Under the pieces are notes generated by a model, which worked only from the letters and a program-made list of their open reading frames with translations, was not told where the DNA came from and searched no databases. The translations under genes and the position numbers were made by a program. A stretch of 64,000 nucleotides of DNA from an uncultured Acidobacteriota bacterium (lineage in GTDB: Bacteria > Acidobacteriota > UBA6911 > RPQK01 > JAPXNP01), in assembly GCA_963777605.1 (NCBI GenBank), contig CAVZRV010000029.1:352001-416000 (forward strand). Reading direction: 5' to 3'. This document shows positions 10,255-18,131 of this stretch, in pieces. The stretch's first letter is position 1. Each line of letters starts with the position of its first letter.

Positions 10255-11208
10255 ATGTATCGGTATCCAGACTTTCCCGACCACGTCTACGTCGAGCTGA
10301 CGAACATGTGCAACGCGCGCTGCACGATCTGTGCGACCCCTGCCATGAAACGCCCCCGGACCATCATGTCCCGCGATCTTTTCCGGAAGATCGTGACCGA
10401 GTGCGGGCAGAATCGGGCCAGGAAGCTCCTGCCGTTTCTGCACGGTGAGTCGCTACTGGTGCCAGGGGTGCTGGACTACTTCCGCGAAGCCAGGCAGTTG
10501 GCTCCGGAGACCCACATCAACCTGACTACGAACGGGTCGCGGTTGACGCCGGAGATCACGGAAGCCATTCTTTCAGAGAACCTGATCGACAGCCTGATTG
10601 TTTCGATCGATGGTGGAGACAAGGAGACGTACGAGGGAATTCGCATCGGTCTGAACTACGATGAGGTGAGGCATAATGTGCTCCATTTCGTTCGTAAGAG
10701 GAACTCGCTCGATCGGACACAACCAAAGGTCTCGATTGCCATGGTGACCGTGCCGGAGAACCGCCACACCCGCCGGAAACTCGAGGAAGAATGGCAGGAA
10801 ACCGACGAGGTAAGGTTTTCGGTCTACTTCAACTGGGCGGGGAAGCTGGACAACAACGGCAGACCCGAGAACAAGGTAAACTTTTGCGAGCGCCTCTACC
10901 ACTACATCACCATCCTGGCCGACGGGCGGGTGGCGATGTGCTGTTTCGATTCCGAGGCCGAGTATGCGGTGGGGGACGTGACGAAGCAGTCGATCCGGGA
11001 GGCCTGGCATTCGCCGCTTTTCAACGAGAAGAGGCGGTGGCTATTTGAACGCAAGTTCGAGAGCCTTCCAATTTGCGGCGGGTGTGACTACGTGAACCAT
11101 CCCTCGTGGGCCGGTCCCCTGCTTCGTCTGAAACCGGGTCTCGAGGACCGGCTTCCGAATGTAACCCGGCTGGCCGGGAATCTCTATAAACGGTGGCTGT
11201 CGCGTTAG
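10255..11208 (+). CDS. Radical SAM protein with SPASM/Twitch C-terminal domain
   Basis: CNARCTIC; C-terminal FC...MCCFD...VGD...CGGC. Confidence 0.9.
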   Translation: MYRYPDFPDHVYVELTNMCNARCTICATPAMKRPRTIMSRDLFRKIVTECGQNRARKLLPFLHGESLLVPGVLDYFREARQLAPETHINLTTNGSRLTPEITEAILSENLIDSLIVSIDGGDKETYEGIRIGLNYDEVRHNVLHFVRKRNSLDRTQPKVSIAMVTVPENRHTRRKLEEEWQETDEVRFSVYFNWAGKLDNNGRPENKVNFCERLYHYITILADGRVAMCCFDSEAEYAVGDVTKQSIREAWHSPLFNEKRRWLFERKFESLPICGGCDYVNHPSWAGPLLRLKPGLEDRLPNVTRLAGNLYKRWLSR

Positions 11209-11246
11209 AATAGTGACCCATTGGGAAAGATAGGATCGATCTGATC

Positions 11247-12848
11247 ATGAAAAAGGAGCCGCTGGAACAACATTATCCCTGGCAGCGCCCCGCTTCACGT
11301 GACTTGGGCAAGGTTGTCCTGATTTACCCCAACACCGGCATGGATGTTTTCGGGATCAATGTCGGACTCCCGCTCGCCTGTCTCTACCTTGGCACCGTGC
11401 TGGAGGAATCGGGCTACCGGGTCGAAATCGTCGATGAGCGGATCGCGCCTGACTTCGAAGGGGCGGTACGAGAAGCTGTCGCCGACGAGTCCACCATTCT
11501 GGTCGGCATTTCATCCATGACCGGCATGCAGATACGTGGAGGGCTGCGGGCTGCCCGGACGGTTCGTGGCCGCCGTCCTGAATTGCCCATCGTCTGGGGC
11601 GGAGTGCATCCTACCCTTTGTCCGGGTTCGACTCTGAAAGACGAACTTTGTGACTACGTGATCAAGGGTGAAGGAGAGATCTCTCTCGTCGAACTTGCGG
11701 ACTGCATCCGGGAGAATGGTGACCCGGCCGAAGTGGCCGGCGTCGGATTCAAACGAGACGGTGAGCTCTGCTGGGGCCCCTACCGGCCAATGATCGAAAA
11801 CCTCGATGTTATCCCGAGTCCCAACTACTCGCTGATCCGCATGGAGCACTACTTCACGAAGGCTCCTTCGACCAACGAGGCCCAGTTGCAGATCGTCACC
11901 AGCCGCGGCTGTCCGTACGACTGTGAATTTTGTTACAACCTCAAGTTCAACGAGCGGCGCTTCCGTTACTTTTCGGCCGAACGGGTGGTATCCGACATCT
12001 CCAGCCTGATTGAACAGTTCGGGGTCAGTGCCGTTTTCATCGAAGACGATTACTTCTTCGGGCACCCGGGAAGGGTTGAGGAGATATGCGATCGACTGAT
12101 CGAGAAGAAACTGGACCTGCTGATCCAGGTGCCGTGCCGGATCGACTATCTTCACAAGCGCAGCCCCGAAATGCTGGACAAGCTGTACCGGGCGGGGTTC
12201 CGAGAACTCTGGATCGGGATTGAGTCGGGGTCTGAGAAGCGGCTCAAGGAGATCATGAAGCGGAACACCCTGGAACAGGTCCGGGACGTCAACCGGTTGC
12301 TCGCTGGTTCCAACGTTTACGCGAAGTACGGGTTCATGGCCGGATTCCCCAACGAAGATCGAGCCGAGACTCTGCAGACTGTCGACTTCATGTTCGATCT
12401 TCTCAACGACAACTCCAACGCCGGAGTCGCGCCGGTCGCGATCTACACTCCCTATCCCGGGACCACGCTTTACGACAAGGCCAGGTTGATCCACGGAGCG
12501 GAGTTTCCGGAGACCCTCGAAGGCTGGAGTCACTTCCACTTCGCGGAGAACAATAACCCGTTCCTTTCTCCGGAGCAGAAACGGTTTGTGACCAAGATCA
12601 ACACGATCAGCCGCTTTTTCGAACGTCGCGCCTTTGAGCGCTTCTGCAACAACCGCTTCAAACCCGTCCTGATGGCGATCTACACGCTCTACTATCGTTA
12701 TCTCCGGCTGAGATTGCGCTGGCGCTTCTTTGCCCTCATGCCCGAGGTGCCACTGATTCGACTTGCCGAGCGAATCTACATCGGATGGTTCCACCGAGCG
12801 GAGTTGTCGCGAGCCCGAAAAAACCCTGGAAATTACGCAACTGGCTGA
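11247..12848 (+). CDS. Cobalamin-binding radical SAM protein
   Basis: WGGVHPT, GEGE, TSRGCPYDCEFC, GIESGS, PYPGT. Confidence 0.92.
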   Translation: MKKEPLEQHYPWQRPASRDLGKVVLIYPNTGMDVFGINVGLPLACLYLGTVLEESGYRVEIVDERIAPDFEGAVREAVADESTILVGISSMTGMQIRGGLRAARTVRGRRPELPIVWGGVHPTLCPGSTLKDELCDYVIKGEGEISLVELADCIRENGDPAEVAGVGFKRDGELCWGPYRPMIENLDVIPSPNYSLIRMEHYFTKAPSTNEAQLQIVTSRGCPYDCEFCYNLKFNERRFRYFSAERVVSDISSLIEQFGVSAVFIEDDYFFGHPGRVEEICDRLIEKKLDLLIQVPCRIDYLHKRSPEMLDKLYRAGFRELWIGIESGSEKRLKEIMKRNTLEQVRDVNRLLAGSNVYAKYGFMAGFPNEDRAETLQTVDFMFDLLNDNSNAGVAPVAIYTPYPGTTLYDKARLIHGAEFPETLEGWSHFHFAENNNPFLSPEQKRFVTKINTISRFFERRAFERFCNNRFKPVLMAIYTLYYRYLRLRLRWRFFALMPEVPLIRLAERIYIGWFHRAELSRARKNPGNYATG

Positions 12849-12853
12849 AAGCA

Positions 12854-14515
12854 ATGAATCGCCGGGTTCTGCTTCTCCTCCTCTTGATTCTCGGATGTTT
12901 CTACCTGCCTTTTTTGGGAGAGGCATTTCATATTGACGACCGCATCTACCTGGAAATTGCCGGCAACATTCCCCGGCATCCCCTGTTTCCGTATGACTAC
13001 CCTGCCGTCTTTGAGGGCATCAGTGCTCCCGATGCGGCCAGCCACAGTCACCTGCCTCTGACTGCCTACTACCTGGCGCTGGTGCAGTGGTTCAGCGGCG
13101 GGAACCGGGAATGGGTCATGCACCTGGCGTTCCTCGTGTTTCCACTGATTGCCGGGTGGGGATTCTGGGATCTCAGCCGGAGGTTCGTGAATCATCGCTT
13201 TGCCGCGGTAGTTCTCCTCCTGACCTGCCCGGCGTTTCTGGTTCTGGGCCATACGCTGATGCCGGACGTTCCCCTCCTTGCCTTCTGGATCCTGGCAGTG
13301 AGCCGCTTCTTCAAGATCCGGGACGGGGACGGTAAGGCTTCGGACTGGTCGTTGCTGGCGTTGAGCCTGCTGGGGGCGGCGTTCATGAGCCTCGAATCGG
13401 CGGGCCTCCTCCTCCTCCTCTCGGCGGCTCTGGTAATGGACTGGAAACAGAGCCGCGGGCGCTACCTCAAATATGCCGCTCTTCTCCTGCTGCCCCTGAT
13501 AGTCTGGGTGCTCTGGTATTTCCGGGCCTACCTCCATTACGATCGCTTCGTCCTCGTCAACACGGTCCTGCACATGAACAAGCGGGATGCGTTTGACTGG
13601 TCTCTTTTCGGAGTCAAAGCCCTCAGTTTTGTGGTCAATCTGGGTAGTGTTTTTGTTTTTCCGCTGGCGATCTGGTACGGATTTTCCGGGACATTTCGGA
13701 CGCGGGTCGGCCTGCTGGTTCTTCTTCTGGCCCTGGTTCCATTCTTCACCTTCGTGCCGGGGTGGCACTGGGCGCACATTATGCTCTTCGTGCTCTTCTT
13801 TTCATCCGGGGTACTCGTCGTCTGGGAGTTCGTGCCGGCGCTCGTTGACCGCAGCCTGGCGGTACGGGTCATGGCACTCTGGTTCTTTGGGATTTTTGCA
13901 GCGGCGTTGCTGCTCTACTATGCAGGCTCGGTTCGCTACGTCCTTCTGGCTGCTCCTCCCGTGGTTCTATTGTGGGTGAGGAGGCTTGAGCTTCGGACAC
14001 CGGAGCCTTATCTCCAAAGAAACCTGGTCTGGGCGGGTGCCCTGCTGACCGCTCTGTTTGCCCTGCTACCAGCCTATGCCGACTATCGCTTTGCCGGAAT
14101 CTACCGGAATGCGGCTCGCCAGCTTGTGACCAGGTACTCAGCACCGGGACAGACCGTCTGGTTCACCGGTGAATGGGGATTTCGGTATTACTTCGAGCGC
14201 CAGGGCGCCAAAATGCTCCGCCGGGTGGATCCGCGGGCCAAGCCGGGGGACATTATCATCAAGCCTTTCCTTGCCAGCCCCTGGGTGACTTTGTACGATG
14301 GTGACAAGTGGACCGCTCTCCTCGAACAGCGCCCGGTACGGGAGACCTATCCGATCCGGGTTATCGACTACTCGTCCCACGCCGGCTTTTACAGTTCTGC
14401 CTGGGGCATTCTCCCCTTCAGTATCTCCACCGGAGAGAAGTGGGAGTGGTTCAACATCTTCGAGGTCAAGCGTTCCTACACCGGGCCGCTGCCGAAAGAA
14501 GAATCTCACTGGTGA
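12854..14515 (+). CDS. GT-C fold (ArnT/PMT-like) membrane glycosyltransferase
   Basis: TM1 followed by FHIDD...Y and HLPL loop, many TM helices, MPDVP, C-terminal periplasmic domain. Confidence 0.75.
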   Translation: MNRRVLLLLLLILGCFYLPFLGEAFHIDDRIYLEIAGNIPRHPLFPYDYPAVFEGISAPDAASHSHLPLTAYYLALVQWFSGGNREWVMHLAFLVFPLIAGWGFWDLSRRFVNHRFAAVVLLLTCPAFLVLGHTLMPDVPLLAFWILAVSRFFKIRDGDGKASDWSLLALSLLGAAFMSLESAGLLLLLSAALVMDWKQSRGRYLKYAALLLLPLIVWVLWYFRAYLHYDRFVLVNTVLHMNKRDAFDWSLFGVKALSFVVNLGSVFVFPLAIWYGFSGTFRTRVGLLVLLLALVPFFTFVPGWHWAHIMLFVLFFSSGVLVVWEFVPALVDRSLAVRVMALWFFGIFAAALLLYYAGSVRYVLLAAPPVVLLWVRRLELRTPEPYLQRNLVWAGALLTALFALLPAYADYRFAGIYRNAARQLVTRYSAPGQTVWFTGEWGFRYYFERQGAKMLRRVDPRAKPGDIIIKPFLASPWVTLYDGDKWTALLEQRPVRETYPIRVIDYSSHAGFYSSAWGILPFSISTGEKWEWFNIFEVKRSYTGPLPKEESHW

Positions 14516-14833
14516 GTGTAACCATCAATCAACACGAACTGAGCGGTGGCGGCTTTTTCTCGAATTCCCTTGGCCGCCGTGTATTGATGTAGGCTGGCAT
14601 TCGCTGTTTCTCCTTGAACTGGGACGCCTCGATTCAGCCGGTTGGTTTCTCTGGAAATATGGAAGGACGGATCCTGCCGAATCTTGAACTGCTTTCGAGT
14701 GATGGAGTTAAGCTCTTCCCCGACCCGTCGGTGTACTCGGGCTCTTAGACTTCGAAGGGCTGACGTGCGAACATTCCTGTAACCAGTAAACACTCCAACC
14801 ATGGAGTTTTTTTTATCTTTGAAAGGAGCCGTT

Positions 14834-15668
14834 ATGAAGAAATGGATTGGACACATCTTTCTCCTGTCGGTGTTTGTCACCACCGGGCTTCAGGCCCAAC
14901 CCGACGTGCCGGTTGAGAAGTGGTCCGGCAAGACCATCATGTTGATCGGGGCCCATCCGGACGATGATACCTACGCCCAGGGGACGATGGCCATGTTGAA
15001 GGATCACGGAAATGAAATCTGGATCGTGATTCTCACCACCGGAAACGTCGGGACGCTGGATCCCAAACTGTCCAAGACCGACCTGGCACGCATTCGACGC
15101 CAGGAGGAACTGGGCGCCCTCGGAGAGTTGGGAATCCCGGAAGATCACTACATCAATCTGGGCTATGACGACGGGATGCTGGAATTTCAGGATCGTAAGG
15201 AGATCGTGGAGCGACTTGTTCGAAAGATCCGAGAGTACCGGCCCGACGTGCTGCTCGCCTTCGATACCGGACCGGGATACATGCGATGGCACAAGTCAGA
15301 CCACAGGGCTGCCGCGTTCTTTGCTGCCGACGCGACCCGCGCGGCCATGTGGCGGCTTCTCTTCGAGGGGCAGATCATCCAGGACGGTCTCGAGGCTTAC
15401 CAGATTCCCGAGTTCCTCTTTTTCGACACTGCGGAACCGGACACGTGGGTAGATGTCAGCCCGTATGTTGAGCAGAAGGTCCGGGCCGGCATGAAGTACG
15501 TCAGTCAGTGGGGCCCGGGCTGGAAAGAGTACAAGGGGCCGAATCTTTCACCGACCGAGGCAAAAGAGATGGAAGCCCGGATTCGGGCCCGCCTGAACGA
15601 AGCGTGACGGCAAGGCAGTGGAAGGATTCCGCTATTACAAGGGCCTCCCCGACGGGATGGGCAAGTAG
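14834..15668 (+). CDS. Exported PIG-L/LmbE family deacetylase, frameshift near 15596
   Basis: Signal peptide, AHPDD, RRQEE, HKSDH; C-terminus KRDGKAVEGFRYYKGLPDGMGK* lies in another frame. Confidence 0.85.
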
Positions 15669-15708
15669 CTGGAATCAACCGTCCATGAGGCGCGGTTGTA
15701 ACCTCAGG

Positions 15709-15744
15709 TGAGGCACTTTTGTCATGGTTTGCATTTCTGCCGCA
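15709..15744. promoter_or_regulatory. Putative enhancer (bEBP) sites for the small-ORF sigma-54 promoter
   Basis: TGAGGCACTTTTGTCA (15709-15724, +) and TGCGGCAGAAATGCA (15730-15744, -), similar to motifs at 20805-20838. Confidence 0.45.
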
Positions 15745-15867
15745 GTCAGAATGCCACTTCCGAGCTTCCCCAGGGTCAGTTAATTCGAGCGAATGGATTG
15801 CCAGAAATGCTGATTCTAAAGCTTTTGAGGTATCGATAAAGGGAATTTCGAGAGAGTGACATCATCG

Positions 15868-15883
15868 TGGAACGCTCCTTGCT
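15868..15883 (+). promoter_or_regulatory. Putative sigma-54 (-24/-12) promoter
   Basis: TGGAAC-GCTCC-TTGCT: GG-N10-GC spacing, one mismatch from TGGCAC-N5-TTGCW, about 45 nt upstream of ATG 15927. Confidence 0.65.
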
Positions 15884-15926
15884 TTAATAGAAAGGTAAAA
15901 ATAAGTATGAAAGGAGCCAAGGCATA

Positions 15927-16049
15927 ATGAGTGATGGAATGCTGCTTTTGACAATTGGTGTATCGATTGGCGCGCTTGCTGGCGTAGTCGCGGTTACTCG
16001 CTCCTATTTTTCCCGAACTCACGGGGAAAAACGTCAACGCCTCATCTGA
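15927..16049 (+). CDS. Small 40-aa single-pass membrane protein (below ORF-track cutoff)
   Basis: AAGGAG RBS 15911-15916; MSDGMLLLTIGVSIGALAGVVAVTRSYFSRTHGEKRQRLI*; has its own promoter and downstream hairpin. Confidence 0.7.
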   Translation: MSDGMLLLTIGVSIGALAGVVAVTRSYFSRTHGEKRQRLI

Positions 16050-16085
16050 GGTTAACTTTAAGTCCTTCCATGGGCACCACACCGT

Positions 16086-16115
16086 CGGTCGGAGGTTGAT
16101 CCCAGCCTCCGACCG
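16086..16115 (+). terminator. Hairpin downstream of the small ORF
   Basis: CGGTCGGAGGTTG-ATCC-CAGCCTCCGACCG, 13-bp stem with a G-U pair that forms only on the + strand; T-tract is short and offset. Confidence 0.55.
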
Positions 16116-16241
16116 CATGCATTTTCCCCCACCCTGATTCTAAACTTCAATTCGGACGAGCTGGAAAACCTGCAGAATTTGGACCGTCAGAAGGCGGTGC
16201 AGCTTCGATTTGTGCGAGTTCGCCTGTTGGGGAGAAATCCG

Positions 16242-16273
16242 GGCGGCAAGGCACCCGCGGGTGCCTTGCCGCC
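16242..16273. terminator. Perfect 32-bp palindrome, probable terminator of the convergent ATPase-Usp operon
   Basis: GGCGGCAAGGCACCCG|CGGGTGCCTTGCCGCC, about 35 bp past the usp stop codon. Confidence 0.55.
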
Positions 16274-16308
16274 GGTGCCCTCCGGCCTCACCGTCAGGGG
16301 GTGAGGCC

Positions 16309-17262
16309 TCAGGCGCTGGGACAGAGAATCATTGGGAAATCGGCTGTCCGGAGGATCTGACTGGCCGTGTGGCCCAGGCCCTCGGACCCGCGCACGCGAT
16401 CCCCGTGGAGGCCCATGACGAGCAGGTCGGAGGAGACCCTCTCCACTGTGTCGAGGATCTTGGCCGACGGAGAACCGGTGAGGAGCAGTGACTCGGTTCC
16501 GTGGGGTGCGCCGTATCGCCGAACCAGGAGCTCTGTCCGAGCTTTTGCGGTTTCGAGAATCCGTCCAATCGAAGGTGCTCGGTTCTCTCCCCCCTCGACC
16601 TCTGCATCCTCAATGTCGGTGACATGGACGACGACGAGAGGTGAGGCGTAGTCCCTGGCGAAGCGAATTGCAAATGCGAGCGCCTCCTTTGATGGATTGG
16701 AGAAGTCCACCGCACAGACAATCGGATTCCAGTCCGTTCTGCGAGTGCCACCCTGCGGAACAACCCAGATCGGCCTCTCGGCCAGGCGGAGGATGCGCTC
16801 TGCGTCGGCTCCGAGGAAGAACGCTTCGACGCTGCTCTGAAGGTGTCGTGCCACGATAGTGACATCAGCGTTCAGTTCGAGAATCAGGTCGCCGATTGCC
16901 CCTTCGGGATGAATGGCTCGACGGACTTCAAAGTCAAGCCCGTCGAGCTTGGGATCGAGAAAGAACTTTTCAACCTGGGCGGAGTACTCACGATTGAGTT
17001 CAGCCAGGATGCCATGGGACGAGCCGGGATCGGAGGGAAGAATCCTCGGCACGTTGAAAGCATGAATCCCGGTCAGGGATGAGCCCGTCTTGCGGGCTAC
17101 ATCGGCAGCATATTCGAGGGCTTCCTTGGAGGCACGTGACAGATCAGAAGTGAAGAGAATCCGGTGAAGGGTCTTCCCATTTCTGTGTTCCGCCGCCTCC
17201 GGGGTCCCCGGGCCGGCTTTCGCCAGCGGTGGTGGTGAACTAACGAGTTTCAAGTTTCTCAT
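16309..17262 (-). CDS. Tandem-domain universal stress protein
   Basis: RILFTSDLSRAS...LGADAERILRLAERPIWVVP and IVCAVDFSNPS...DLLVMG...LGHTASQILRTADFPMILCP; the 515-aa ORF in the track is an artefactual fusion. Confidence 0.9.
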   Translation of the reverse strand: MRNLKLVSSPPPLAKAGPGTPEAAEHRNGKTLHRILFTSDLSRASKEALEYAADVARKTGSSLTGIHAFNVPRILPSDPGSSHGILAELNREYSAQVEKFFLDPKLDGLDFEVRRAIHPEGAIGDLILELNADVTIVARHLQSSVEAFFLGADAERILRLAERPIWVVPQGGTRRTDWNPIVCAVDFSNPSKEALAFAIRFARDYASPLVVVHVTDIEDAEVEGGENRAPSIGRILETAKARTELLVRRYGAPHGTESLLLTGSPSAKILDTVERVSSDLLVMGLHGDRVRGSEGLGHTASQILRTADFPMILCPSA

Positions 17263-17300
17263 GATCCTACTGCCTGCCTTTCCCTGTCTGGTCGTACCGC

Positions 17301-18013
17301 CTAGTCGAAGAGGAGACCGATCTGGAACAGGGTCGCGAGTGACGACTCTGTCGCACGTTTGAAGTCCTTGTACTCGTGTGAGCCCAGGTAATCGTGCTGA
17401 AGGTCGAGGTTCCCCTGGAAATTCAAGCGCGAGATCCTCGCCGCCATGGTCGATGAGGGCGGGTTTGAAGTAGTGCCAAATGCTGTCAGCACCGTCCAAC
17501 ACTTCATCGGCAGATTTCGGACGTTCCAGGGAGGCATCCATGAGCGCGCGGGCTTCATGCTCCTCCAGACGCTGGATCGCGCCAGGGATGGTCGGGTGAA
17601 AGAGTTGGTAGAGGTCCATCGCGGTGTTCCCGACTTCGTGTGCAGCGAGGATCGTCGCAGTCTGATCTTGACGCATTGAGACGGTTTCGAGTTCAGCCTG
17701 TGCTCCTTCCATGTGGCGCATGCTGGCCGGCTCGACGCTGGCTGGATCGACTGGCTCGAAGTCGAGCCAGATCTGGTGCAGCGACTGAACGTTGCTGCGG
17801 ACATCCGACCAACGGTTCTCGGAGGCAAGCACGACCACGCGCTCCGCCTTCTGCACGATCGCGAAGAGGGGAGAGGGTTCCTCGACCTTTGACTTTGTTA
17901 AGACATCATCGTCTGAGTTCGAGGCGCCGCATCGGAAGAGTTGTTGCGGAAACCGTGGCGGCGCTAAGCCCGGCTATGAGGAGCACGAGCAAGAAGAATC
18001 TATTGGTTTTCAT
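17301..18013 (-). CDS. Exported all-helical hypothetical protein (possible lipoprotein), frameshifted near 17940 and 17420
   Basis: AAGGAG RBS, MKTNRFFLLVLLIAGLSAATVS signal; body SPLFAIVQKAERVV...GGEDLALEF; tail QGNLDLQHDYL...QIGLLFD* in another frame. Confidence 0.65.
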
Positions 18014-18131
18014 GATTTATCGCTCCTTTATGATTAAGGCTCCGGCCGTCTCTGGACGGCATCCCCGAGGACAGTGGCTTTGCCGATGTCCCGGGCAGAG
18101 CGGATTTGTATTTATGTTTCCAGTACATGTT

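Noticed and set aside
7794-11208. Anaerobic sulfatase maturase or RiPP maturase assignment for the SPASM-type enzymes
   Set aside because: Only about four to five C-terminal Cys (Twitch-like), no RRE, and the context is glycosyltransferases
14697-14780. Fluoride riboswitch-like GATGGAGT...GCTGA
   Set aside because: The pseudoknot partner ACTCC is not in the right place and the downstream gene is not fluoride-related
15874-15917. Anti-SD GCTCCTT pairing with AAGGAGC (type I toxin leader or RNA thermometer)
   Set aside because: GCTCCTT lies within the -24/-12 promoter and would not be transcribed; no antisense RNA is evident
16309-17856. 515-aa novel domain-Usp fusion in the ORF track
   Set aside because: Artefact of a frameshift near 17420; the upstream gene has its own stop at 17301 and usp has its own ATG at 17262
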